Source: Spirochaetia bacterium
Lineage (GTDB): Bacteria; Spirochaetota; Spirochaetia; SZUA-6; Bin103
Assembly (NCBI GenBank): GCA_965203055.1
Contig: OZ241863.1
Coordinates: 3,232,001 to 3,296,000 of the forward strand
Reading direction: 5' to 3'
DNA length: 64,000 bases
Under the pieces are notes generated by a model, which had not been told where the DNA came from, did not search any database, and saw only the letters and a list, made by a program, of their open reading frames with translations. Numbering within the stretch: position 1 is the first letter of the stretch; each line of letters starts with the position of its first letter. Below, piece after piece: positions 18,014-28,752 of the stretch. The position numbers and the translations under genes are program-made.

Positions 18014-18790
18014 ATGCGGGTTGACTTGGCCGGGCAGGCGGCCCTCGTGACCGGCGGTGCGCACGGGATCGGGCGCGCCATCGCCGCCGCGCTGGCCGCC
18101 AACGGCGCCCAGGTCGCCATCGTCGATCTGGACGGCGCCGCCGGCGAGCAGGCGGCGCGGGAGGTGGGCGGGCGCTGCTGGCAGGCGGACGTGGCCGACC
18201 ACCAGGCGATGCGGGCGGTGATCGATGAGGTCGGCGCTCACTTCGGGGGACTGCAGATCCTGGTCAACAACGCCGGCATCAACAGCGGCGGGGAACGGGC
18301 GCCGATCGACCGCTTCTCGCTGGCCGACTGGCAGCGCATCCTGCAGGTCGACCTGACCGGCGTGTTCGTGGTCAGCCGCGCCGCGGTGCCGCTGCTGGAG
18401 GTTGGCGGCGGGCGGGTGGTGAACATCAGCTCCGTCGCCGGACTGGTGCCGCTGCGCTTGCAGTCGCCGTTCGTGGCCGCCAAGGCCGGGGTGATCAACC
18501 TGACCCGCTCCATGGCGTTGGAACTGGGCCCGCGCGGAATCCTGGTGAACGCGGTGGCCCCCGGGTCCACTCTGACGCGCGGTACCGAGCGCCTGTTCTA
18601 CGGCACTGACGGGGCCTTCACGGAGCAGGCGGCCAACCTGCTCTCCCACATTCCGCTGGGGCGCCCGGCCCGGGTCGAAGAGATCGCCGCCGCGGTGCTG
18701 TTCCTGGTGGCGCCCGAAGCGAGCTACGTGAACGGCGCCATCCTCACCGTGGACGGCGGCTGGACCGCCGGCTATACCCGCGATTTCTAA
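18014..18790 (+). CDS. SDR family oxidoreductase
   Basis: TGGAHGIG, NNAG, NISS, FVAAK (Tyr replaced by Phe in YxxxK), VNAVAPG and VDGG. Confidence 0.9.
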   Translation: MRVDLAGQAALVTGGAHGIGRAIAAALAANGAQVAIVDLDGAAGEQAAREVGGRCWQADVADHQAMRAVIDEVGAHFGGLQILVNNAGINSGGERAPIDRFSLADWQRILQVDLTGVFVVSRAAVPLLEVGGGRVVNISSVAGLVPLRLQSPFVAAKAGVINLTRSMALELGPRGILVNAVAPGSTLTRGTERLFYGTDGAFTEQAANLLSHIPLGRPARVEEIAAAVLFLVAPEASYVNGAILTVDGGWTAGYTRDF

Positions 18791-18812
18791 ACCTCGAGGA
18801 GGAGGCAGGAGA

Positions 18813-19229
18813 ATGGCGCAGATCACCATGTTCAAGGGCTACCAGGGCGACCCGCCGGTCGCCAAGCCGGCGGCGCCGCCGGCCGCCAACGTCGTGACCG
18901 CGGCGGACGGGCTGCCGGTGAAGTATCCGGGCTGCGACGGAATCGGCGTGCGCGTGGTGCACCCCTCCAATCCCCGCGCTCCGGCGCGGAATCTGGGGCT
19001 GGTGATGTTCTACGTACCGCCGCACGTGGTACTGGAGCCGGGCAGCCACCATACCGAGGAGTGTTACGTGATCGTGCGCGGGCGCGGCACCATGACCCTC
19101 AACGGCGCGCGGCGCGAGGTGTCAGCCGGCACCTTCATCCACCTGCCTCCATGGTGCGAGCACGGCGTCGAGAACACCGGCGACGAGACCCTCGAAATCC
19201 TGATCTGCACGTCGCCGCCCAACCCGTAA
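18813..19229 (+). CDS. Cupin domain protein
   Basis: GGAG RBS; PGSHHTEECYVIVRGRG and PPWCEHGVEN cupin motifs. Confidence 0.85.
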   Translation: MAQITMFKGYQGDPPVAKPAAPPAANVVTAADGLPVKYPGCDGIGVRVVHPSNPRAPARNLGLVMFYVPPHVVLEPGSHHTEECYVIVRGRGTMTLNGARREVSAGTFIHLPPWCEHGVENTGDETLEILICTSPPNP

Positions 19230-19304
19230 CCGAACAGGTACCGCCGTCGAACACCATCCGGGCTTGATATTTGCGCCCATGGCGGCGCCGGGTATCATCG
19301 GCCC

Positions 19305-21230
19305 ATGACGGCAACGACGAAGCGGCAGGTCAGCGTTGATCTGTGCGTCTACTCCGGCGCCCCGGCCGGTCTCGCCTGCGCGGTGCGCGCGGCGCGCGAA
19401 GGGCTGACCGCGGCGGTGGTCACCCACACCCCGCATCTGGGCGGCATGCTCACGTCCGGGCTGAGCGTGTGGGACACGCAGTGGGAGGGCAGCCGCGCCC
19501 CCATCTACGACGAATTGCGGCAGGCGCTGTTCGACTATTACCGCGATCGGTACGGCCACCATTCGGCGCAGTATTACGCCGCGCTGCCGGGGCCGAGCGG
19601 CCACTCCAATGGCAACTTCGAAGCCCGCGCGGCGCGCGAGGTGATCGAGCGGCTGGTGGCGCGGGAAGCGCGCGTGCAGGTGCTGCGGGGGCTGGTGCCG
19701 GCCGCGGTGCGGCGCGACGGGCGGCGGCTGGCGAGCGTGACCTTCCAGCCGCTGGCGGCCGCGGTGGCCGGGAGCCGCGACCCCGGCGGTGAGGTGACGG
19801 TGCATGCCGCGGCCTTCGCCGACGCCAGCTACGAGGGCGATCTGATGGCCCTGGCCGGCTGCGCCTACCGCACCGGGCGGGAAGCGCAGGCCGAGCACGG
19901 CGAACCGTACGCCGGCCGCATCTTCGTACGCACCGTCCCCGAGCCGCCGAATGCGGCGGCCAAGCGCGCCGGCGAGCTGCATGACCGCCTGCGGCTGCGC
20001 CGCTTCCCCGGCTACTGCGAGGTGCAGCCGGCGCCGGACACCGGCGCCGGCGACGGCCGGGTGCAGGGCTACAACCTGCGCCTGACGATCACCGACGACC
20101 CGGCCAACCAGCTCCCGGTCAAGCGCCCGGCGGACTACGACCGCGACCGCATCGCCGCCCTGGAGCACCCCACGCTCATGGACACGGGGATGCCGAACCG
20201 CAAGATGCGCGTCAACCGGCCGCAGCTCGTGGGCGAGCACACCGCCTACCCGGAGGCGGACTGGGCCGAGCGCGGGCGCATCATCGACGCCCACTGGCAG
20301 GCGCTGCAGGGCTGCCTCTACTTCCTGCGCACAGACCCCTCGGTAGCGGAGGAAACGCGCCGCCGCTGGCAGGGGTGGGGCCTGGCGGCGGACGAGTTCA
20401 CCGACAACGGCCACCGGCCCTACGAGATCTACGCGCGCGAGACCCGGCGGCTGCACGGCCGCTACCTGTTCACCGGCCACGACGCAACCCTGGCGCCGGG
20501 CCTGGACCGCGCCCCGGTGCATGGCACCGCGATCGCCGCCACCGAGTGGTACATCGACTCCCACGCCTGCTCCTTCGAGCGGGTCGGCGCCAGCCGCCAC
20601 GAAGGCAAGGTGGTCCTGCATATGGAGACCTTTCCCGGCATGGTGCCCTACGAGGCGCTGCTGCCGCGCGAGCTGGACAACCTGCTGGTGGTGAACTGCG
20701 TCTCCTCGACGCACCTCGGCTGGAACACCATCCGCCTGGAGCCGACCTGGATGAACATCGGCGAGGCGGCCGGCTGGGCGCTGGCGCTGGCGCGGCGCGC
20801 CGGCGTGGAACCGGCGGCGGTGGACCGGCGCCTGCTGGTGCGCCGGTTGGCGGAATCGGGGGTGATGGTGAGCTTCTGCAACGACGTGGAGGTCGCCGGG
20901 CGCGAGGCGTGGGTGCCGGCGGTGCAGTACTTCGGTACCCAGGGGTTCTTCCCCGGCTACGACGCGCGCCCGCGGGCGCCGCTCGGGCGCGCCACCGCGG
21001 CGCTGTGGGTCCGCGCCGCGGCGCGCATCGCCGCCGGCGACCACGATCCGATGCGGTGCGTGCGCGAGCTGCACGCCCTGACCGCCGCCGCGGACGAGCC
21101 GATCACCGCCGGCGAACTGCGCCTGCTGATCGAGCGCCCGCGCCCCGACGGGCTCGCCGCGGCCGGCCTGGAAGTACCGGAACAGGTGACCCGCGGGGAC
21201 TGCTGCCGGCTGCTGTACGACCTCACCTGA
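19305..21230 (+). CDS. FAD-dependent oxidoreductase (FAD_oxidored family)
   Basis: CVYSGAPAG..AVRAAREG, HLGGMLTSGL, DASYEGDL, YARETRR, VSSTH..IRLEP. Confidence 0.85.
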   Translation: MTATTKRQVSVDLCVYSGAPAGLACAVRAAREGLTAAVVTHTPHLGGMLTSGLSVWDTQWEGSRAPIYDELRQALFDYYRDRYGHHSAQYYAALPGPSGHSNGNFEARAAREVIERLVAREARVQVLRGLVPAAVRRDGRRLASVTFQPLAAAVAGSRDPGGEVTVHAAAFADASYEGDLMALAGCAYRTGREAQAEHGEPYAGRIFVRTVPEPPNAAAKRAGELHDRLRLRRFPGYCEVQPAPDTGAGDGRVQGYNLRLTITDDPANQLPVKRPADYDRDRIAALEHPTLMDTGMPNRKMRVNRPQLVGEHTAYPEADWAERGRIIDAHWQALQGCLYFLRTDPSVAEETRRRWQGWGLAADEFTDNGHRPYEIYARETRRLHGRYLFTGHDATLAPGLDRAPVHGTAIAATEWYIDSHACSFERVGASRHEGKVVLHMETFPGMVPYEALLPRELDNLLVVNCVSSTHLGWNTIRLEPTWMNIGEAAGWALALARRAGVEPAAVDRRLLVRRLAESGVMVSFCNDVEVAGREAWVPAVQYFGTQGFFPGYDARPRAPLGRATAALWVRAAARIAAGDHDPMRCVRELHALTAAADEPITAGELRLLIERPRPDGLAAAGLEVPEQVTRGDCCRLLYDLT

Positions 21231-21279
21231 AGCCGCGCCGAAGCGCGCACCGAGGCGCGCGGCAGCGCGCTCTCCCGCG

Positions 21280-21320
21280 GCCTGCGGCCGGCGCCGGCGA
21301 CCGGCCGCAGGCTTCTTTTC
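21280..21320 (+). terminator. Rho-independent terminator
   Basis: 12-bp stem GCCTGCGGCCGG / CCGGCCGCAGGC followed by TTCTTTTC, between convergent genes. Confidence 0.75.
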
Positions 21321-21337
21321 TCAGGCGGGCGCGCCCG

Positions 21338-22918
21338 CTACCGGGCCGCCTGCCACTGGCGGTTGGCTTCGGCAGTCAGTTCGTCGCCGCCGGTCCTCCG
21401 CCACTGGCTCACGTAGGCGTCCCATTCGGCGTCGACGTCGGCCTCGCCGATGATCGCCTTCCAGAAGAACTCGTTCTCCATCGAGCGCAGCTCGTTCTCC
21501 ATGGTGCGGTGTTCCTCGCTCCACTGCGGGCGAAATCCGGCGTCCAGGGCGTAGCCGGTTTCGACGCCGATGCGGTGCGGGATGGTGCGCCAGCGCGGCA
21601 GCCGCGACAGCGTGATGTCCGGGGTGATCACGTTCCACATGGTGAAGTACATCCACCCCATCTCGGTGACCCCCTGCGCGGTCTGATACTCGGGATTCGG
21701 CACCATCAGCCCGTCGGCGTCGAACCGGTAGTGAACGCCCTCGTCCCCCTTGGTGACCTTGTGGTAGACCTCCATGTCGGTCTGGATCTCGTCCAGGATC
21801 TGCATGATGCGGATCGCCTTCTCGTCCGAGGCATGCACGCCGATGGAACAGGAACCGAAGCCGCCGGCGGGCCGGTTCACGGTGCCGCGCCCGCCCGGCC
21901 CCTCGGGGCCGATGACGTACACCGGCTCCGCTTCCGGGTTGGCCTTGAGCAGCAGCCCCACCGGTCCTTCGGTGCGCGGCCCGGTCCACGCCGGAGTCTG
22001 CTCGAACGCGCCTACCAGACCGTTGGTGTACTTCTGGTTGAACTCCTTGCGCCCGTCGGAAATCATCTCCGGGTCGATGATCTCCTTCTGATACCAGGTG
22101 TTGAGATACTTCAGGGCGTCCCGGTACTCGGGCGTGACGTTGGCGTATCCCAGCTCGCCGCCCTGCTCCTGCCAGGAGTGGATGCGCACCCCGAAGGCGC
22201 CGAACTCGTTGGGAAAGAAATCCCACGCTCCGCCCCAGGAGGGCGTGCCGCCGGAGTAGTTGTTGACCGCGTAGGTATCTTTCTTGCCGTTGCCGTCGGG
22301 GTCGGCGTGGCGGTAGCGGTACAGCAGGTCCTCCAGTTGTTCCAGGCTCCAATCGTCGGCGTAGTGGTAGTCGAGCATCTTCTTGGCGGGAACATCCACG
22401 CCCACCGCTTCCATCCAGTCGCGCCGCGTCACCAGCGCTGCCCCGGAGGTAACCGCCACGTTGACGCCCGGCAGCCCCATGATGCGCCCGTCGATGGTGA
22501 CGTCGTTCCAGGCTCCGGCCGGGTCGATCCGATCGACGATCTTGACGTAGTTCGGCATGTGTTCGTAGAACCAGTCGCGCGGCAGTTCGCGCACCACGCC
22601 CAGGTCATAGAGCGCGCCGCGCGGCCCGATCTTCATGAAGTCGGGCACTTCGCCGCTGGCCATCTTCAGCCGCCACTGCTCGCCCTGGTAGATGTCGACG
22701 TCGGTCCACGGCACCAGCTCCACGTTGTAGCGCTCTTCGACGTACTGCTCGGTAATGGTGCTCTCCGGCAGCAGCACGCCGCGGCTGTTGATGCCGAACC
22801 AGTTGATCACCATGCGTTCTTCGGCCGCCGCCTCCTGCCCGTCCTGCCCCGCCGCCCACAGCGCGCCGCCGGCGGCCAGCAGCGCGATGGTCAGCAGGGA
22901 ACTGATGCTTGCTCTCAT
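21338..22918 (-). CDS. Carbohydrate ABC transporter extracellular solute-binding protein (LplA-like)
   Basis: Signal peptide; MASGEVPD, RRDWMEAVG and DPDGNGKKDTY; downstream of two permeases. Confidence 0.87.
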   Translation of the reverse strand: MRASISSLLTIALLAAGGALWAAGQDGQEAAAEERMVINWFGINSRGVLLPESTITEQYVEERYNVELVPWTDVDIYQGEQWRLKMASGEVPDFMKIGPRGALYDLGVVRELPRDWFYEHMPNYVKIVDRIDPAGAWNDVTIDGRIMGLPGVNVAVTSGAALVTRRDWMEAVGVDVPAKKMLDYHYADDWSLEQLEDLLYRYRHADPDGNGKKDTYAVNNYSGGTPSWGGAWDFFPNEFGAFGVRIHSWQEQGGELGYANVTPEYRDALKYLNTWYQKEIIDPEMISDGRKEFNQKYTNGLVGAFEQTPAWTGPRTEGPVGLLLKANPEAEPVYVIGPEGPGGRGTVNRPAGGFGSCSIGVHASDEKAIRIMQILDEIQTDMEVYHKVTKGDEGVHYRFDADGLMVPNPEYQTAQGVTEMGWMYFTMWNVITPDITLSRLPRWRTIPHRIGVETGYALDAGFRPQWSEEHRTMENELRSMENEFFWKAIIGEADVDAEWDAYVSQWRRTGGDELTAEANRQWQAAR

Positions 22919-22990
22919 TGCAACCTCCTCAAGGTTCTCGAAGCAATCTCCGCCAGTGGCGGATCCATTTTCGGTTGCCGGCCGCCGCGG

Positions 22991-23905
22991 TCAGCCCTTC
23001 AGCGAGCCGGTCATGATTCCTTTCACGAAGTAGCGCTGAATGAACGGATACACCAGAATCACCGGGCCGATCGATACGAACAGCGTGGCCGCAATGATCG
23101 TCTCCTCCACGAAGGTGGCCTCCGATTCCAGTTCCATCTCGAACAGGGTAGTGGCCTGGTTCTCGATCAGGATCCGGCGCAGCATGAGTTGCAGCACCAG
23201 CAGGCGCGGCTGCGAGTTGTAGATCAGCGCGTCGAACCAGGAGTTCCAGTGGAACACGATGCTCCACAGGCCGATGGTGGCGACCACCGGCAGCGACACC
23301 GGAACCACGATCGCGAACAGGATGCGGTACACGCTGGCCCCGTCCATCACCGCGGACTCTTCCAGGTCGGGCGGAATGGCGCGGAAGAAGTTGCGCATGA
23401 TGATGATGTAATAGGCTGACGCCGCCGGCGGCAGAATCAGCGCCAGGCGGTTGTTGTGCAGCCCCAGCTCCTTCATCCACAGGTAGGTGGCGATCAGCCC
23501 GCCGGAGAAGAACATGGTAAAGATCATCAGCAGGGTAATGATCCGGTTACCCGGCAGGAAGCGCTTGGAAAGGGCGTAGGCCGCGCAGAACGAAACCAGC
23601 AGGGTCAGGCTGGTGCCGGCCACGGTGCGCAGCACCGTGTTCAGGTAGGCGATGCCGATGGTGTTGCGGCTGAACACGCTGCCGTAGGCGTCGAGCGTGG
23701 TCGCGCGCGGCCACAGCTTGAGGCCGATGCGGTACACCTCCAAGGGCGTGCTGATCGAATCGAGGAGGATCTTCCAGAACGGGTAGATCACGGACACGGA
23801 GAACGCGATCATCACCAGCCAGGTGGCGCCGTCGATCAGATAATCCTCGGCGCCGCGCGGGCTGAGAGCGCGCCGTTGCCGGCGCCGGCGGAGCGTGATG
23901 CTCAT
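22991..23905 (-). CDS. Carbohydrate ABC transporter permease (MalG/LplC-like)
   Basis: Start at ATG 23905, overlapping the upstream TGA; EESAVMDGA (EAA loop), HWNSWF and FVKGIMTGSLKG. Confidence 0.9.
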   Translation of the reverse strand: MSITLRRRRQRRALSPRGAEDYLIDGATWLVMIAFSVSVIYPFWKILLDSISTPLEVYRIGLKLWPRATTLDAYGSVFSRNTIGIAYLNTVLRTVAGTSLTLLVSFCAAYALSKRFLPGNRIITLLMIFTMFFSGGLIATYLWMKELGLHNNRLALILPPAASAYYIIIMRNFFRAIPPDLEESAVMDGASVYRILFAIVVPVSLPVVATIGLWSIVFHWNSWFDALIYNSQPRLLVLQLMLRRILIENQATTLFEMELESEATFVEETIIAATLFVSIGPVILVYPFIQRYFVKGIMTGSLKG

Positions 23906-24849
23906 ACCACCGTGGCCTCGCTGCCGAGCCGCTTGGTGACGTAGTTGACGATGAGCAGCAGGATGAGACCGGTCAGGTTCTTGAACAGGTCTACCGCGGC
24001 CGCGTAGCTGTACTGGAAATCGGTGATCCCGGTGCGGAACACGTAGGTGTCGATGATGTCGGCGACGCTGTACACCAGCGGGTTGTAGAGGTTGAAGATC
24101 TGATCGAACCCGGCTTCCATGATGTCGCCGATGCGCAGCAGGAACAGGATCACGATCACGTGCACGATCGAGGGCAGGGTGACGTGGCGGATGCGCTGGA
24201 TGCGGCCGGCGCCGTCCAGCGCCGCGGCCTCGTAGAGCTGGGGATCGATGCTCGATATTGCCGCCAGGTAGATGATCGAGCCCCAGCCCACGTTCTTCCA
24301 GATCATGGACAGGATCAGGATCGGCACGAACATCTCTTCCTGCTGCAGGAAGATCACCGGATCGGCTCCGAACAGGCCGGTGACGTAATTGACGATGCCG
24401 CGCTGCGAGAGCAGATCGCGAATCAATCCGCCCACCACTACCCAGGAGACGAAGTGCGGCAGATAGCTGATCGTCTGGAAGATCTTCTTGCCGCGCAGGC
24501 TGGCGATTTCGTTCAGCATCAGGGCGAAGATGATCGGACCGGGAAACCCGATCAGCACCTTCAGCAGGCTGATCACCACCGTGTTCTTCAGCACCCGGTA
24601 GAATTGCGGGCTGTTGAACAGGCGCTCGAAGTAGGTGAACCCTACCCACGGGCTGCCGAACAGACCATCCACCAGGTTGTACTTCTTGAACGCGATCACG
24701 ATGCCGGCCATGGGGACGTAGCGGAACAGCAGGAAGATGGCCAGCGCCGGCAGCAGCAGGGCGTAATAGTGGCGGTACTTGACGATCCTGCCGATGAGGG
24801 AGGCGGAACGCCGGCGCGCCGGTGAAACGGGAATCGACAGTTCGCTCAC
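23902..24849 (-). CDS. Carbohydrate ABC transporter permease (MalF/LplB-like)
   Basis: SPWVG, YLPHFVSWV, LYEAAALDGA and DIIDTYV. Confidence 0.9.
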   Translation of the reverse strand: MSELSIPVSPARRRSASLIGRIVKYRHYYALLLPALAIFLLFRYVPMAGIVIAFKKYNLVDGLFGSPWVGFTYFERLFNSPQFYRVLKNTVVISLLKVLIGFPGPIIFALMLNEIASLRGKKIFQTISYLPHFVSWVVVGGLIRDLLSQRGIVNYVTGLFGADPVIFLQQEEMFVPILILSMIWKNVGWGSIIYLAAISSIDPQLYEAAALDGAGRIQRIRHVTLPSIVHVIVILFLLRIGDIMEAGFDQIFNLYNPLVYSVADIIDTYVFRTGITDFQYSYAAAVDLFKNLTGLILLLIVNYVTKRLGSEATVV

Positions 24850-24982
24850 GACGAAAGAGCACCTCGTCAGGTGGTGGCGGCAGGGTAGACGGGCGCGGGC
24901 GTTCTGTCAAAACCGCGCCGGGCGCGCCGGGCGCCGCCGGGCGACTGGCGCGCGGCGGCCGGACCGGGTATCATGCGCGGCC

Positions 24983-26425
24983 GTGGCACGACGGCCCAAC
25001 GTTCTCTGGATCTGCACCGACCAGCAGCGCTACGACACCATCGGCTGCCTCGGCAATCCCCACGTAGACACGCCGGTGCTCGACCGGTTGTGCGCCGACG
25101 GCGTGGCCTTCAGCCGCACCTACTGCCAGAGCCCGGTGTGCCAGCCGAGCCGCGCCAGCTTCCTGACCGGCCTCTACCCCAACACCGTGCACGTGAACCG
25201 CAACGGCAACGCCTATTTCCCCGCCAGCGAACGGGTGCGGCTGATCACCCGCCGGCTGGCCGACGCCGGCTACGACTGCGGTCTGGCCGGCAAGCTGCAC
25301 CTCGCCTCGGCCTGGCCCGGTGCCGAAGCGCGCACCGACGACGGCTACCGGGTGTTCCATTACAGCGTGTCGGCCACCCAGTTCACCGGCCGCGGCAACG
25401 CCTACAGCGACTGGCTGCGGCGGATCGGCCGGCTGGACGAAGCGCTGGACACCAGCGGCGTGGACGAGGCGCGCAACCGCGGCGCCCGCTACCGCCCGGA
25501 CGTGCCCGCGGAGCTGCATCAGACCAGTTGGTGCGCCGACCGCGCCATCGACTTCATGCGCGAGGAGCGCGACGGCCCCTGGCTGATGAGCGTGAACATC
25601 TTCGATCCGCACGGCCCGTTCGACGCGCCGCTCTCCTACCGCCGCCGCTACGAGGAGCGGGCGCTGCCGCCGGCGATCTACGGCGCGCGCGACGCGGCGA
25701 CCTGCGAACGGCTGGCGGGCGCGTTCTTCCAGGGCAGGCCGCAGCCGCCGGGCGCCCGGCAACGCCTGCAGAAGGCCAGCTACTACGCCATGATCACGCT
25801 GATCGACGAGCAGGTGGGACGCATGCTGGACGCGCTGGAGGCGACCGGCCAGCGCGGCGACACGGTGGTGATCTTCACTTCCGATCACGGGGAGATGCTG
25901 GGCGACCACGGCTTGACCGGGAAGGGATGCCGCTTCTACGAGGGCGCGGTGCGGGTACCGCTGATCGTCTCATGGCCCGGCGTGTTCGAGCGCGGGCTGG
26001 TGGCGGACGGCCTGGTGGAACTGACCGATCTGGCGCCGACCCTGGCCGAGCTGGCGGGTCTGGAGCCGGGGTGGACCCACGGGCGCTCACTGGCGCCGGT
26101 GCTCACCGGCGCCGCGGATCCTGCCCATCATCGGCCCTTCGTGCGCTGCGAGTACTACGACGCCCTCGACATGTACCTGCCGCAGGAGCCGGGGCGCCAC
26201 ACCCCGTGCTGGGCCACCATGTACCGCGACGAGCGCCACAAGCTGGTCAACTACCACGGCCTGGAGTACGGCGAACTGTACGACCTGGAGCGCGACCCGC
26301 ACGAGGCCGACAACCGGTGGGAGGAGCCGGCGGCGGCGGCGCTCCGCGCGGCGCTGACGCAGCGCAGCTTCGACGCCACCGTGGCCGCCTGCGACCCCGG
26401 CCCCGCGCAGCTCGGCCGCTTCTGA
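24983..26425 (+). CDS. Sulfatase family protein
   Basis: GTG 24983; RPNVLWICTDQQR, CQPSR (formylglycine motif), GKLH, DPH and SDHG. Confidence 0.9.
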   Translation: MARRPNVLWICTDQQRYDTIGCLGNPHVDTPVLDRLCADGVAFSRTYCQSPVCQPSRASFLTGLYPNTVHVNRNGNAYFPASERVRLITRRLADAGYDCGLAGKLHLASAWPGAEARTDDGYRVFHYSVSATQFTGRGNAYSDWLRRIGRLDEALDTSGVDEARNRGARYRPDVPAELHQTSWCADRAIDFMREERDGPWLMSVNIFDPHGPFDAPLSYRRRYEERALPPAIYGARDAATCERLAGAFFQGRPQPPGARQRLQKASYYAMITLIDEQVGRMLDALEATGQRGDTVVIFTSDHGEMLGDHGLTGKGCRFYEGAVRVPLIVSWPGVFERGLVADGLVELTDLAPTLAELAGLEPGWTHGRSLAPVLTGAADPAHHRPFVRCEYYDALDMYLPQEPGRHTPCWATMYRDERHKLVNYHGLEYGELYDLERDPHEADNRWEEPAAAALRAALTQRSFDATVAACDPGPAQLGRF

Positions 26426-26485
26426 CGGCGCCCGGCCCCTGGCGCGCGGACCGGAGCGCCGCCGAATGTCAGAGGCGGCCGGGGG

Positions 26486-26998
26486 TCAGAAGTTGGGGCG
26501 TTCGTCGGCCGAGGGGCCGTAAAGCGGCGGGAGCGGGATGTCGTTGAGGCGCAGGTAGACGCCGAGCTGCGCCCGGTGGTGGATCAGGTGGTTGAACACC
26601 ATGTTGCGCAGCACCGCTATCTTCGGCAGCGTCATGATGGTCGCGCCGTTCTGGCGCAGCGACCAGGGCCGCATCAAGTCGGCGTTGGCGGCCGCGGCCA
26701 GGGCGGCCCGCGCCGCGGCGGCGTTCTTGTCGAGCGCCGCCACCAGGTCGGCGGCGCCGGCCGGGCGCGGCGGCGGAGGCAGCGGCTTGCCGCCGGGCAT
26801 CAGGTCCAGCTCGTCCTGCTCGATGGTCAGCACGCCCCACGACGGAATGTTGGCGAGGTGGGTAGCCAGCCACACCATGGTCCCCGACTTCGGATGCGGG
26901 CGCCAGTCGAACCGATTCTCCGGCACCCGTTCCAGCGTCTTCCGCGCCCCCGCCACCTCGTGGTCGAACTCCGGCAGCATGCTTTCACCGATCGTCAT
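26486..26998 (-). CDS. DinB family protein
   Basis: WRPHPKS, LATHLA, NHLIHHRAQLGVYLR; AGGAGG RBS. Confidence 0.88.
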   Translation of the reverse strand: MTIGESMLPEFDHEVAGARKTLERVPENRFDWRPHPKSGTMVWLATHLANIPSWGVLTIEQDELDLMPGGKPLPPPPRPAGAADLVAALDKNAAAARAALAAAANADLMRPWSLRQNGATIMTLPKIAVLRNMVFNHLIHHRAQLGVYLRLNDIPLPPLYGPSADERPNF

Positions 26999-27119
26999 GT
27001 GAGCTCCTCCTGCGGAAAGTGTACCGCGCAGCGCCCGGTCCGGGCCATTGGCCCAAGTGAGTGAGCGGGCGGAGGCCGCCGGGCCGGCCTCCGCCCCTGC
27101 GCCGTCGTCCGGGCGCGGC

Positions 27120-28682
27120 TTACCGGGCCGCGTACTGCGCCCGCGCCTCCTCCAATACGGCCTCGCCGCCGGCGCGCATCCACTGCGCGACGTAGGTGTC
27201 CCAGTCGTCCCCGGTGTCGGCCGCGCCGGTGACCGCCTTCCACAGATACTCTTCGCGGATGCGCGCCATGTCGGCGCGGTACTGATTCTGCGTTTCCAGC
27301 ACCCAGCCGTGGCCGAGCGCCGGGGTGATGATGTCGTAGCTCTCCTGGCGCGCCGCCATCTCCTCGGCGTCGCTGCCGAACGAGGCGGTGAACATCCAGC
27401 CGTAGCGGATGTTGGTGAGGAAGAACTTCACCCCCAGATCGCCCTGCGCCTCCATGCCCTGCGCCGCCGGCAGGAACTGGCGCATGCCGTCCTCGTCGAA
27501 CTCGAAGTGCTCGCCCTCCAGGCCGGACCAGATCAGGTTGTGGTAGAACGGATCGGCCAGTTGCAGGTCGATCAGCCCGAGGATCTTCTCCAGTTGCCGG
27601 TCAGTGGTGTCCTTGCCGATGGTGTGGTAGGTCCACAGCGCGGGGCGCAGTTCCCAGGTCGGCGCGTAACCGGCGGCGGTCAACTGACCGAGGTACTCCA
27701 CCGCGGCGTTGGCGTCCTTCTCGAACAGGTTCGGGAACCAGGTGCCGGGCCGGTACTTGGGCAACACCCAGGTCCAGGAGTCGCCGGCGAAACCGACGTG
27801 GCCATCCTGGAACAGCGATCCGACCGCGAGCTTGTCGGGCAGCGTGATGTCGGGATGGATCACGCCCGCCTCCCACATGCCGTTCATCCACGCCAGGAAG
27901 TCGCGGAAGCCGTCGGTGACCTCGAAGAACTTGATGTCGCCGGTCGCCGGATCGAGATAGGGGCGCTCGATGTGCTCGTAGCCGAACGCCGCCAGGAAGG
28001 TGCGCAGGTTGTTGGTCCAGTTGCCGGCCGAAGTCGCCGAGGTGGCGAACCCCCAGGTGTCCTTCTGGCCGTTGCCGTCGGGATCGTCGAAGGTGAAGCG
28101 GCGCGCCGCCTCGGCGAACTCCTCCACCGTGGTCGGCGCCGCGGCGCCCACCGCCTCCAGCCAGTCGCTGCGCACCACCACCTGGTGCTTGATCTCGACG
28201 CCGCCGTTGGGCAGCGCCCACAGCGTTTCGCCCTCCGCGTCCCACGACGGGAAGTCGAACCAGATTCCGGCCACCGTCCCTTCGGCGTAGTCGCGCCAGT
28301 AGGTGGGGGCGTGCCGCTTGACCATGTCCAGTGGAATCGGGCGCAGCAGCCCCTCATCCTGGTAGCGCAGGAAGTTGTTCTGGCTGGCCAGGATGTGGTG
28401 CGGAATTTCGCCCGCGGCGAACAGCAGGTTCATCTCCTCGGGGCTGGCGAAGTCGGCCTTGACCGGGCGCAGGTCGATGTTCAACGCCTGGTTGAACTCG
28501 CGGATGATCGGACTGTCGGGCTGCGGGTAGAGCGCGCCGCCCGGCGTCTTCAGGCGCAGGCCCACCCAGTCGATCGCGACCGGCCCTTCGTCCGCGGCTG
28601 CGGTGTCTTCCGTGCCGGCGGCGAACCCGGCCGGCGCCGCCGCAATGAGGACGATGAATGCAAGTACGGTGAATCTCGTCAC
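27120..28682 (-). CDS. Carbohydrate ABC transporter solute-binding protein
   Basis: GTG 28682 after AGGAG; signal peptide; RSDWLEAVG and DPDGNGQKDTWG. Confidence 0.87.
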   Translation of the reverse strand: MTRFTVLAFIVLIAAAPAGFAAGTEDTAAADEGPVAIDWVGLRLKTPGGALYPQPDSPIIREFNQALNIDLRPVKADFASPEEMNLLFAAGEIPHHILASQNNFLRYQDEGLLRPIPLDMVKRHAPTYWRDYAEGTVAGIWFDFPSWDAEGETLWALPNGGVEIKHQVVVRSDWLEAVGAAAPTTVEEFAEAARRFTFDDPDGNGQKDTWGFATSATSAGNWTNNLRTFLAAFGYEHIERPYLDPATGDIKFFEVTDGFRDFLAWMNGMWEAGVIHPDITLPDKLAVGSLFQDGHVGFAGDSWTWVLPKYRPGTWFPNLFEKDANAAVEYLGQLTAAGYAPTWELRPALWTYHTIGKDTTDRQLEKILGLIDLQLADPFYHNLIWSGLEGEHFEFDEDGMRQFLPAAQGMEAQGDLGVKFFLTNIRYGWMFTASFGSDAEEMAARQESYDIITPALGHGWVLETQNQYRADMARIREEYLWKAVTGAADTGDDWDTYVAQWMRAGGEAVLEEARAQYAAR

Positions 28683-28752
28683 GTCGTATCTCCTTGTGGA
28701 TCGGTGTCGTGTGCGGGCGGCCGCGCCGCCCTGTCCCCGTAACACGGGGGCG

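Noticed and set aside
22991..24910. 639-aa fused permease
   Set aside because: There are two separate permeases with an ATGA overlap at 23902-23905; the upstream part of the long ORF is an off-frame overlap.
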